This document shows, piece by piece, positions 56,237 through 64,000 of a stretch of 64,000 nt of DNA. A program made the position numbers and the translations under genes. The stretch is taken from contig JAFZKY010000037.1 in NCBI GenBank assembly GCA_017551725.1, positions 123,595 to 187,594 on the forward strand, written 5' to 3'. Positions within the stretch are counted from its first letter, which is position 1, and each line of letters starts with the position of its first letter. The notes beneath the pieces were generated by a model, which did not search any database, was not told where the DNA came from, and saw only the letters and a list, made by a program, of their open reading frames with translations. The stretch is from Bacteroidales bacterium (lineage in GTDB: Bacteria; Bacteroidota; Bacteroidia; Bacteroidales; WCHB1-69).

Positions 56237-57361
56237 TTATTTTTTCAAAGATTGTATGAGAAGATTTCTTCTGGCATCGTTTTTCAGCAACATAAGCAGA
56301 CTCTTGTGTGAATCAGATGTGCGTCCTGTCAGGATGCGGATGCATTTTTTTGCCAATGTGCGTACTCTTCGGCGGAACGGCTGGCGGGTATGGAAGCGCT
56401 CGATAATGGGGTATTCTTGCTCCTCCGCCAGCTTCTTGACGGCAGCATCAAGGTATTGCCCATAAGCTTCAGGCTCCTGCAAATAGCGACATATTTGCTC
56501 GTTATGCTGTTGGCGAGCCTCGCTGTTATCCAACGAAAGCTCCCGGTTGGCCCGGTTCAAGGTGTTTACCGTTTCAAAGGAAATCTGGCCGTCGCAGATA
56601 TTGCCGATGACGCACAACCCTTCGTACCAGTGCGGCTTGTCGGCCTTGAAATCCGGTGTGGTCTTGCTGTTGAAGAAGAAATTGCCCAGACTGTAGAAGA
56701 TGGTCTTGCCCTTGTAGGTCTCCCACCCTTGCGGGCAGTGCGGGTGCGTGCCGATGACGGCGTCGGCTCCGTAGTCGATGAGGTCGCGGTAGCGGGCAAT
56801 GGTCTCCGGCATCGGCACGTCGATGTATTCGATGCCATCGTGCGGCAGGACGAACAGGAAGTCCACCTCCTTTTTTGCGGCCATGATGTCGTGGTTCACC
56901 CGCAGGTCGTTGAGGTAGGCACATCCAAGGCCCTCGTGGTGCCGCACATCGTCGAAGACACCTTTCTGTGCCGCGTAGCTCAATGCCATGAAGCCAATCT
57001 TCACCCCCTTCACGTCTACGATTTTCACCCGGTAGGCTTCTTCGTATGTACCAGAGCCAAAGGTTTTTCCTTCCAACGCCGCAACCGTTTTGCGGAAGCC
57101 TTCATCCCCGCAGTCAAAGGCATGGTTGTTGGCCATGGAGAATAGATCGAAACCCAAGCTCTTGAGGAAGGCGGGCGCATCGTCGTTCTGGAAAAACGTC
57201 ACATTGTGCAATGCCGGCTCCGGCATCAAGGGTATCTCGAAGTTGACAACACGCAAATCGCAACTTTCCAACAGGGCTCTCAACTCCCCGGATACGGAAA
57301 TGTGGTCGGTAGAGGGTTTGGAGCAGAAGTCTCCGGCGAAAAAGATTCGGATGTTTTCCAT
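56237..57361 (-). CDS. CapA-family (PGA_cap, metallophosphatase-like) protein
   Basis: 374 aa. FAGDF, MANNHAFDCG, VLPHDGIEY and IGTHPHCPQGWE follow the CapA/poly-gamma-glutamate capsule family pattern. Confidence 0.75.
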   Translation of the reverse strand: MENIRIFFAGDFCSKPSTDHISVSGELRALLESCDLRVVNFEIPLMPEPALHNVTFFQNDDAPAFLKSLGFDLFSMANNHAFDCGDEGFRKTVAALEGKTFGSGTYEEAYRVKIVDVKGVKIGFMALSYAAQKGVFDDVRHHEGLGCAYLNDLRVNHDIMAAKKEVDFLFVLPHDGIEYIDVPMPETIARYRDLIDYGADAVIGTHPHCPQGWETYKGKTIFYSLGNFFFNSKTTPDFKADKPHWYEGLCVIGNICDGQISFETVNTLNRANRELSLDNSEARQQHNEQICRYLQEPEAYGQYLDAAVKKLAEEQEYPIIERFHTRQPFRRRVRTLAKKCIRILTGRTSDSHKSLLMLLKNDARRNLLIQSLKK

Positions 57362-57370
57362 ATTGGCGGG

Positions 57371-58852
57371 TTATGCAGGTTCTTGTTGGTGGCGGTTTTT
57401 AAAACGGGAGAAGAGATCGCGGGCAATCTCCACAAAGTTGTTGAACGCCCGCAGCCGGAGCAGATAGGACATTCCGATATAGATAATCAGGAAGATGAGG
57501 AGTTGGATGCAGGCCAGCGGATACATGCTTAAATGAATAAATCGGGCGCAGTAGAAGCTTATAATAAAAGCGCAGATTCCCACAATGGCGATGGGCAACA
57601 GGTCCAGAAATTGCGTATGGAGGCGATACCCCACATGCTTGTGTACCAAAGCGGCGTTGATGATGTAGATGGTGTAGGAGGTGATGACCATACCGGCCAG
57701 CAACCCGTCCATTCCGAAGGCGGCCAACCCGCCCACCACAAGCACCAGTCCGATGCCACGCTTGATGAGAGTCCACAACAGCAGCTTGCCGCTCTTGCCC
57801 ACAGCAGCCACGGCATAATAGTTGATGCCCTGCAAACTGATGGCAATGCCCGCGATGCACAATATCTGGAAATAGTGAACCGACGGCAGCCATTTGGCAG
57901 AGTAGATGAGGATAATCAGCGGCTTGGCAACCAGGATGAACAACAACATCAACGGGATGGTCAGATAGGCCAGCGAGGTGATGAACTGGCTCAGCATGTG
58001 GATCATGCGGGGCTTGTCGTTCTGCGATTCTGCCAAAATGGGATAGGCCACACGGTCCACCACGTTGGAGATGCTGGTGGACGACAACTCCTCCAGCTTT
58101 TTCCCTTGGGAGTAATAACCCATGGTAGAGGAATTGTATATTTTACCTATCAACAACCCTTGGATATTGTTGCAGAAGGTGTTGACTAAATTGGCCAGCA
58201 GAATAAAAAAACCGAAGTTGAACAACTCCTTGAAGGATGTCCAAGAGAAAACAAGGCGCGGATGCCACCGACCCACAATCCACAGAAGCAGGGTGGAGAT
58301 GGAGCATAATAGCAGTTGCTGCGCCACCAACGCCCAGATGCCCCAGCCCTTAGCGGCAAGCAGTATCGTGATGGATATGGACACGATGGCGGAGATGATG
58401 TCGATAATGGCTAACTTTTTGAATTGCAACTGCTTCCGCAATCGGTTGTTTTGGATAATGCTCAAAGCGTTGATGATGAGCACCAAGCCCTCCACACGAA
58501 GAACGGCGGAGAGCAACGGGATATCGTAGAAGCGGGCTATGACAGGGGCTGTAACATACAGAATGCCATAGAGTAGCCCTGACAACAGCAGATTCCAGTA
58601 GAAAATAGTGGAATAATCTTCATCGGTGGGATCCTTTTTCTGGATGAGTGCCGAACCGAACCCGCCGTCGATGAAAGTGCTGGACAGGGTGATGAAGATG
58701 GCCAGCATCCCGATGCAACCGAAATCGTCAGGCGAGAGCAGTCGGGCCAGCACGATGTTGGCCACGAAGGAGATGGCCATGGCGCCGAATTTCTGGAAGG
58801 CGCTCCAGAAGACACCCGATATGGTTTTGGATTTCAGACTGCCCTGTGCCAT
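57371..58852 (-). CDS. Wzx-type oligosaccharide/polysaccharide flippase (MOP superfamily)
   Basis: 493 aa with about 14 TM segments. The N-terminus SLKSKTISGVFWSAFQKFGAMAISFVANIVLARLLSPDDFG is typical of polysaccharide biosynthesis flippases. Confidence 0.8.
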   Translation of the reverse strand: MAQGSLKSKTISGVFWSAFQKFGAMAISFVANIVLARLLSPDDFGCIGMLAIFITLSSTFIDGGFGSALIQKKDPTDEDYSTIFYWNLLLSGLLYGILYVTAPVIARFYDIPLLSAVLRVEGLVLIINALSIIQNNRLRKQLQFKKLAIIDIISAIVSISITILLAAKGWGIWALVAQQLLLCSISTLLLWIVGRWHPRLVFSWTSFKELFNFGFFILLANLVNTFCNNIQGLLIGKIYNSSTMGYYSQGKKLEELSSTSISNVVDRVAYPILAESQNDKPRMIHMLSQFITSLAYLTIPLMLLFILVAKPLIILIYSAKWLPSVHYFQILCIAGIAISLQGINYYAVAAVGKSGKLLLWTLIKRGIGLVLVVGGLAAFGMDGLLAGMVITSYTIYIINAALVHKHVGYRLHTQFLDLLPIAIVGICAFIISFYCARFIHLSMYPLACIQLLIFLIIYIGMSYLLRLRAFNNFVEIARDLFSRFKNRHQQEPA

Positions 58853-58861
58853 GATGCGATG

Positions 58862-60070
58862 CTATTTTTCATCAGCGAAAAATTGGAGATAGGCGAAATG
58901 CGGCGTGAGCACCCCGTTTTTAAGGATAGTGCCCCGTTGCACCACTTCGTTGTGGATGCCGGAGAGCAGCCCGGGAAGCACATGTTGCATGAGCATGTCG
59001 CCGAAATGGGCGCTGGTGTCCAATGCCAGGGCGTTGGGACAGGTGTCCACGGCCATCACGGTGATGTTGTTTTCATTAGAGAAAGCGGGTTCCTCAAGGC
59101 CGGTGGCAGGGTTGTAGTCGTAATAGGGCGCTTCGTGGGTGGCAGGCCGCAGCGTGGAACGGATGCTGCCCTGTATGTCGCAGGTGATGTCACCAATGAA
59201 TCGGATGCGCAGATCCTCGGCCCGCAAGTCCTCTTCGGAGAGATAAACGGGAGCCTCGGGAGTCCAGAAATGGCCGCAGAGCAGCACGTCGGCCTGCCGT
59301 GCCCACTTGTGGAAATCGCTGCGGTATGCCTGCGGGTTCTTCGTGAAGTGATCCCATGAGAATGTGCCGCCGTCACAGCGGGCCACCAGCCGGTCGGCGT
59401 CGGCCACGGTGTAGGTGAGACGGTCCACCGCGGGCGTGGAGAGGAACGTGTGTTCGTCCACACGCACAGCCCCGATTTTGTCCAGAATGAACTGTGCCCC
59501 CTGCGACACGCGCCCGTTGCCCGTCACCAACAATTTTATTTTCGGGAGAGTGATAGAAGATAGATTTTCCACCAACATTTCCATGGTAAAACGGCGGTCT
59601 GGCTTGGGGAGCGTGTATAGATGATGGCGCAGGCCGTAGCCGCGCAGGGTGTAGTAGGTGCCCACCACGCCGGCCCACCATCCGAACGCACACACGCGCC
59701 GGTTTTGCTCGTCCACCAAATACTCGTAGTCCGTGAAGGTGATGTGCTTGGCCATCAGAGTCTGCAGCAGCGGACGGTTGTAAGCCTGCATCTTGGCAAA
59801 ATGGCCAAAGAAAATGTAATGCTTGTCCGGCAGCAGGGCGTTTATATCCACCTCTTTGATTCCGAAAAGAATGTCGCAGTCCTGAACATCCTCCACCACG
59901 GGAATGTCGGCCTGCCGGTACTCCTCATCGGTGAAAGCACGGACAGGGCTGGTCTGCACCACGAACTGATGCTGCGGATATTGTCGCTGCAGATCGGCCA
60001 TCTGGACGGGCGACAGAGCCACACGGCTGTCGGCAGGAGTCTTGGTCTCTCTGATAAGTCCGATTTTCAT
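58862..60070 (-). CDS. alanine dehydrogenase/PNT-fold oxidoreductase, saccharopine (lysine-oxoglutarate) dehydrogenase-like
   Basis: 402 aa. MKIGLIRETKTPADSRVALSP, CDILFGIKEV and LVTGNGRVSQGA (Rossmann) resemble the LKR/saccharopine dehydrogenase and AlaDH N-terminal architecture. Confidence 0.55.
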   Translation of the reverse strand: MKIGLIRETKTPADSRVALSPVQMADLQRQYPQHQFVVQTSPVRAFTDEEYRQADIPVVEDVQDCDILFGIKEVDINALLPDKHYIFFGHFAKMQAYNRPLLQTLMAKHITFTDYEYLVDEQNRRVCAFGWWAGVVGTYYTLRGYGLRHHLYTLPKPDRRFTMEMLVENLSSITLPKIKLLVTGNGRVSQGAQFILDKIGAVRVDEHTFLSTPAVDRLTYTVADADRLVARCDGGTFSWDHFTKNPQAYRSDFHKWARQADVLLCGHFWTPEAPVYLSEEDLRAEDLRIRFIGDITCDIQGSIRSTLRPATHEAPYYDYNPATGLEEPAFSNENNITVMAVDTCPNALALDTSAHFGDMLMQHVLPGLLSGIHNEVVQRGTILKNGVLTPHFAYLQFFADEK

Positions 60071-60112
60071 ATTGTAGGAAAGTATATTTTTACCCTATTT
60101 TAATATAGGGTG

Positions 60113-60120
60113 CAAAAATA
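60113..60120 (-). promoter_or_regulatory. -7 promoter box (TATTTTTG) for the 60070-50922 operon
   Basis: The reverse complement of caaaaata matches TAnnTTTG, 43 nt upstream of the start at 60070. Confidence 0.5.
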
Positions 60121-60150
60121 CAAAAAATAAGATTATCCGATTATTTTGCA

Positions 60151-60158
60151 TATCTTTG
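60151..60158 (+). promoter_or_regulatory. -7 promoter box (TATCTTTG) for ftcD
   Basis: TAnnTTTG match 52 nt upstream of the ATG at 60210. Confidence 0.5.
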
Positions 60159-60209
60159 CAATCTCATTTATTGCAAAAATAATTTATTAAAAATCAATAT
60201 TTTACCAAT

Positions 60210-61910
60210 ATGAAACAGTTAATCGAATGTGTTCCTAACTTTAGTGAAGGCAAAAATCAAGACATCATCAACCAGGTGGCCGACGTAATCCGTCAGGCCG
60301 AGGGCGTCACACTGCTGGATGTGGACCCGGGTGCCACCACCAACCGCACCGTGGTCACGTTTGTGGGCACTCCCGATGCCGTGGTGGATGCCGCTTTTGC
60401 GCTCATCGCCAAATGCAAAGAGCTGATAGACATGCGTTATCATCACGGTGACCATCCCCGTTTCGGTGCCACGGACGTGTGTCCGTTTGTGCCGGTGGCC
60501 AACATCACCATGGAAGAGACGGCGGAATACGCCCGCAAGTTGGCCAAGAAGGTAGGTGAAGAATTGCAGATTCCGGTTTACTGTTATGAGAATGCCGCCT
60601 TTGAGGAGAAACGCCGCAACCTAGCCAACTGCCGCCAGGGCGAATACGAGGCCCTGAAAGAGCGCATCACCACCAAGGAGTGGAAGCCCGACTTTGGTCC
60701 CAACAAGTTCACGGAGAGTGTGGCCAAGAGCGGTGCCACCGCCATCGGCGCCCGCGACTTCCTCATCGCCGTCAACTACAACCTGAACACCACCTCCACG
60801 CGCCGCGCCAACGCCATCGCCTTCGACGTGCGCGAGAAGGGCCGCCCGAAGCGTGAGGGCAACCCCATCACCGGCAAGAAGGTGCTGGACGAGAAGGGCA
60901 ACCCGGTCATGATCCCCGGCACGCTCAAGGGCACCAAGGCCATCGGCTGGTACATCGCCGAGTACGGTGTCGCCCAGGTCTCCATGAACATCACCAACAC
61001 CAACCTCACCCCGTTGCACGTGGCCTTTGACGAGGTGTGCGACAAGGCGGCCAAGCGGGGCGTGCGCGTCACCGGCACGGAAATTGTGGGTCTCGTGCCC
61101 AAGAAAACCCTCATCGACGCGGGCAACCACTATCTGGCCAAACAGCACCGCTCCCTCGGCATCGATGAGCGCGAGAAGGTGAAAATCGCCGTCAAGTCCA
61201 TGGGCTTGGATGACCTCAAACCCTTCAATCCGGATGAGAAAGTGATTGAATACTTGCTTGAAAAAGAGGATACTACACCCAAGTTGGTGGACATGACCTG
61301 CACGGGTTTCGCCAATGAGACGGCCTCCGAAAGTCCGGCCCCCGGCGGCGGCTCCATTTCCGCCTACATGGGAGCCCTGGGCGCCGCCCTCGGCACGATG
61401 GTCGCCAACCTCTCCTCCCATAAGCCGGGCTGGGATGCCAAGTGGGAATATTATTCCCAATGGGCTGAAAAAGGCCAAGCCCTCAAAGACACGCTGCTGG
61501 CCCTCGTGGATGAGGATACCAACGCCTTCAACGTGATTATGAACGCCTTCGGTATGCCGAAAGGCACGCCTGAAGAGAAAGAGGCGCGTTCGCAGGCCAT
61601 CCAGGATGCCACCAAGTACGCCACCGAAGTGCCTATGCGCACCATCGAGACCTCCTTCAAGGTGTTCGAGATCTGCGAGGCAATGATCAAGAAGGGCAAC
61701 CCCGCCAGCGTGTCCGACGCGGGCGTGGGCGTACTCTGTGCGCGTGCAGCCGTCCACGGCGCCTACCTCAACGTCAAAATCAACGCCTCCTCGCTGAAAG
61801 ACAAAGCGTGGGCCGAGATGATGATCACCAAGGCGCACGACTACGTGATGAAAGCCGACCGCATCGAAAAGAGACTGATGAGGTTGACGGAGAAGGTGAT
61901 CGGTGAATAG
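60210..61910 (+). CDS. ftcD: bifunctional glutamate formimidoyltransferase / formimidoyltetrahydrofolate cyclodeaminase
   Basis: 566 aa. MKQLIECVPNFSEGKN is the hallmark start of the formiminotransferase domain. The C-terminal roughly 200 aa are helical and cyclodeaminase-like (GGGSISAYMGALGAALGTMVANLS). Confidence 0.9.
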   Translation: MKQLIECVPNFSEGKNQDIINQVADVIRQAEGVTLLDVDPGATTNRTVVTFVGTPDAVVDAAFALIAKCKELIDMRYHHGDHPRFGATDVCPFVPVANITMEETAEYARKLAKKVGEELQIPVYCYENAAFEEKRRNLANCRQGEYEALKERITTKEWKPDFGPNKFTESVAKSGATAIGARDFLIAVNYNLNTTSTRRANAIAFDVREKGRPKREGNPITGKKVLDEKGNPVMIPGTLKGTKAIGWYIAEYGVAQVSMNITNTNLTPLHVAFDEVCDKAAKRGVRVTGTEIVGLVPKKTLIDAGNHYLAKQHRSLGIDEREKVKIAVKSMGLDDLKPFNPDEKVIEYLLEKEDTTPKLVDMTCTGFANETASESPAPGGGSISAYMGALGAALGTMVANLSSHKPGWDAKWEYYSQWAEKGQALKDTLLALVDEDTNAFNVIMNAFGMPKGTPEEKEARSQAIQDATKYATEVPMRTIETSFKVFEICEAMIKKGNPASVSDAGVGVLCARAAVHGAYLNVKINASSLKDKAWAEMMITKAHDYVMKADRIEKRLMRLTEKVIGE

Positions 61911-61947
61911 GGTACAGGGTACAGTGAACAGGGTACAGGGTACATTT
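61908..61947. repeat. 7-nt-phased CAG-type tract (left flank of the four-helix-bundle gene)
   Basis: taggg tacaggg tacagtg aacaggg tacaggg taca. TAG/CAG recur at 61908 (the ftcD stop codon), 61915, 61922, 61929, 61936 and 61943. Confidence 0.8.
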
Positions 61948-61955
61948 TTTGAAAT

Positions 61956-62312
61956 ATGATAAAGAACTATAGAGAGTTGATTGTATGGCAGAAGGCTATG
62001 GAAATGGTGGAGAATATCTATACCTTGACCCAGTCGTTACCCAAAGATGAGTTGTTTTCCATAACTAATCAAATACGACGTGCAGCAATATCAGTACCTT
62101 CTAATATAGCAGAAGGATATGGGCGACAATCGAAAAAAGAATATCTGCAATTTCTATCAATAGCCAATGGCTCCGTATGCGAAATCGAAACCCAGTTATT
62201 GTTGTGTCTAAGAATTGGTTATCTAACAGAAGAAAACACAAAAGAGACCTTTCAATTACTTTCCGAAATTGGAAAAATAATAACAACAATCAAACAAAAA
62301 CTCAAAACATAA
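61956..62312 (+). CDS. four-helix-bundle protein (23S rRNA intervening-sequence protein / Avd-like family)
   Basis: 118 aa. The sequence LIVWQKAMEMVENIYTLTQSLPKDELFSITNQIRRAAISVPSNIAEGYGRQSKKEYLQFLSIANGSVCEIETQLLL matches the family signature (W.ka..l...iy.....P..E.....Q.rRaa.Si..NIAEG..r.s..e...fl.iA.GS..E..t.l). The gene is visibly AT-rich compared with its neighbours. Confidence 0.9.
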   Translation: MIKNYRELIVWQKAMEMVENIYTLTQSLPKDELFSITNQIRRAAISVPSNIAEGYGRQSKKEYLQFLSIANGSVCEIETQLLLCLRIGYLTEENTKETFQLLSEIGKIITTIKQKLKT

Positions 62313-62362
62313 TCCCTGTTCCCTAATTACTGACTACTATCCCCTGACCCCTGATTCCTAAA
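62313..62362. repeat. 7-nt-phased CTG-type tract (right flank, inverted relative to 61908-61947)
   Basis: tccctg ttcccta attactg actacta tcccctg acccctg attccta. CTG/CTA recur at 62316, 62323, 62330, 62337, 62344, 62351 and 62358. The reverse complement gives CAG-phase heptamers. Confidence 0.8.
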
Positions 62363-62371
62363 TAACACACA

Positions 62372-63535
62372 ATGAAACTATTAATGGTCCTCTCGCGCTT
62401 CCCGTATCCCCTTGAGAAGGGGGACAAGCTGCGTGCGTACCATCAGATTCGTTGCCTGTCGGAACAACATGAGATATTCCTGGCCGCCATGCACGACAAG
62501 CCGGTGACCGACGAGGACCTGCGCCAGCTGGAGCCTTTCTGCAAGGAGATCTTTCTTTTGGACAATAATCACCTTAAACGCTGCTGGAACATGGGCAGGG
62601 CTTTCTTCAAGGGCCTGCCCATCCAGTGCGGACTTTTCTACAACAAGACCAATGCGCGACGGCTGGAGGAGATTGTCCAAAAGGTGCAACCCGACCATAT
62701 CTACTGCCAACTCTTCCGGATGGCGGAATACGTGAAGACCATGCCCCTGCCCAAAACGCTTGACTATCAGGATGTCTTCTCCAAAGGCATGGCGCGGCGG
62801 GCCGAGAACGCCCGTGGACTGAAAAGGGCCCTCTTCCGCATGGAGGCCCGCCGCGTGGCACGCTATGAGGAGCACCTCTTCGACCTTTTTGACCATACGA
62901 CCATCATCACCGCCGTGGACCGCGACCTCATCCCCCACCCGCGCAACCGCGAGATTGCAGTGGTGCCCAACGGTGTGGACTTCGACCAATTCACCTATCA
63001 TGGCGAGACCAAATCGTATGATCTGATTTTCTCGGGCAATATGGGATATGCCCCCAATGTGGATGCCGCCGAATACCTGGCTACGGAAATCTTGCCCCCG
63101 CTACTGGAGGGATTTCCCGACATGAAACTGGTGCTGGTTGGGGCTAACCCCTCCGCAAGGGTGCGCGCCCTGCGCAACGAACACGTCATCGTGACCGGCT
63201 GGGTGGACACGATGGCCGACTGGTATGCCCAATCCAAGGTCTTCATCGCCCCGATGCGCATGGGCACGGGACTGCAAAACAAACTGCTGGAAGCCATGTC
63301 CATGCAACTGCCCTGCGTCACATCCCCATTAGCCGCCAAACCTCTGTCCGGAGCCGAAACTGAAAACGCCGTCTGCGTATGCCATAACACCCACGACTAT
63401 GTGGAAGCCATCCGCCAACTTTTGCGGAATGAAGAGGCATACCGACAGCTGGCCGCCGCCGGCCACCGCTTCGTGCACGAGCATTACGACTGGCAAAATG
63501 CCACAGACAAACTGTTGCAAATCATCGCCCAATAA
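62372..63535 (+). CDS. glycosyltransferase family 4
   Basis: 387 aa. MKLLMVLSRFPYPLEKGDKLRAYHQI is a GT4 N-terminal domain. The C-terminal part is FIAPMRMGTGLQNKLLEAMSMQLPCVTS. Confidence 0.8.
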   Translation: MKLLMVLSRFPYPLEKGDKLRAYHQIRCLSEQHEIFLAAMHDKPVTDEDLRQLEPFCKEIFLLDNNHLKRCWNMGRAFFKGLPIQCGLFYNKTNARRLEEIVQKVQPDHIYCQLFRMAEYVKTMPLPKTLDYQDVFSKGMARRAENARGLKRALFRMEARRVARYEEHLFDLFDHTTIITAVDRDLIPHPRNREIAVVPNGVDFDQFTYHGETKSYDLIFSGNMGYAPNVDAAEYLATEILPPLLEGFPDMKLVLVGANPSARVRALRNEHVIVTGWVDTMADWYAQSKVFIAPMRMGTGLQNKLLEAMSMQLPCVTSPLAAKPLSGAETENAVCVCHNTHDYVEAIRQLLRNEEAYRQLAAAGHRFVHEHYDWQNATDKLLQIIAQ

Positions 63536-63575
63536 CGGTTTTTTACTCGTTTTGCCGAGGAAACAAAAAAAAATG

Positions 63576-63583
63576 TACCTTTG
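63576..63583 (+). promoter_or_regulatory. -7 promoter box (TACCTTTG)
   Basis: TAnnTTTG match 90 nt upstream of the ATG at 63673. Confidence 0.4.
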
Positions 63584-63672
63584 CGCCATCTATTCCTAAC
63601 CGCAGTTGCGTATTCCTTTCTTTGCAACATATTGTGGTTCAATCAGATAATCAAATCATTAAAATCTCGTTC

Positions 63673-64000
63673 ATGTTAGATTCTACAGAAAAAAGACCTA
63701 AGAGGAGAAGAATTAACACGGCAAGTGATGTCTTAGTTGCCACCTCTAACGACAAGAAAAAAACAATCAAGGTGACGGTTGCTGAAAAAAAGCCAGTGGT
63801 CATTTTTAAAGAAAAACCCGTTATGGAAACCACCCCGGCCCCAGAAATATCCCGTCCGAATATTCCGGAAGAACCCATCATGTTTGCCAACCCTCTCCCG
63901 TTGACGGAAAAGCCCAAACAGACGCGGAAGCGCAAAGCCAAGGAACCGGAAGCATCGACTCCCGCAACGAAAGAGGCGGAAAAAACAGAGGTTGTCGCCG
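63673..64000 (+). CDS. 5' part of an ORF encoding a basic, Lys/Pro/Glu-rich low-complexity N-terminus (runs off window)
   Basis: Not in the ORF track because there is no stop in the window. The translation is MLDSTEKRPKRRRINTASDVLVATSNDKKKTIKVTVAEKKPVVIFKEKPVMETTPAPEISRPNIPEEP..KPKQTRKRKAKEPEAS.. The product cannot be assigned from this fragment. Confidence 0.4.
   Translation, partial: MLDSTEKRPKRRRINTASDVLVATSNDKKKTIKVTVAEKKPVVIFKEKPVMETTPAPEISRPNIPEEPIMFANPLPLTEKPKQTRKRKAKEPEASTPATKEAEKTEVVA

Noticed and set aside
60621-61838. 405-aa ORF antisense to ftcD
   Set aside because: ftcD has the ECVPNFSEG hallmark, and the antisense product is G/V/H/A-rich with no motifs.
1-64000. Search for mobile elements, toxin-antitoxin, restriction-modification or other defence systems, tRNA/rRNA genes
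   Set aside because: I saw no transposase, integrase, nuclease/methylase or cas-like ORFs, no cloverleaf-sized conserved intergenic segments, and no intergenic gap larger than about 290 nt. The window appears to be core chromosome plus envelope accessory operons.

Overview
This 64-kb segment reads as a Bacteroidota (Bacteroidales-like) chromosome. The evidence is recurrent TAnnTTTG -7 promoter boxes, many lipoproteins and TonB-dependent/beta-barrel outer-membrane genes, a FISUMP-domain protein, a PorV/PorQ-family gene and a MurF-Alr fusion. I count about 48 protein genes in tight operons. There is also rpmH (52 aa, absent from the ORF track) and one unambiguous TPP riboswitch. I found no rRNA, tRNA, CRISPR, transposase/integrase or recognisable defence genes. 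Housekeeping calls include hutH, ftcD, nadC, nadD, rlmD, greA, dxs, a HIT protein, an LptF/G permease, a MoxR ATPase and a SurA-like PPIase. Items worth a second look: (1) a terminator-bounded three-gene outer-membrane module at 34640-44498, made of a 1269-aa plug+barrel protein, a 1603-aa secreted protein with a T9SS-CTD-like end, and a PorV-family barrel; (2) a membrane-tethered ECF sigma fusion whose periplasmic tail shares a DT[VI]Y motif with the N-terminus of the adjacent beta-barrel; (3) a 7-gene exopolymer operon with two ATP-grasp amidoligases, CapA and a Wzy-GT4 fusion; (4) a flotillin / small lipoprotein / radical-SAM-SPASM operon; (5) a TPP riboswitch driving a TonB-dependent receptor plus a secreted alpha/beta hydrolase; (6) a dispersed family of 7-nt-phased tracts abutting stop codons, which flank an AT-rich Avd-like four-helix-bundle gene as inverted arrays. 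All homology calls come from motif recognition by eye. No searches were run.
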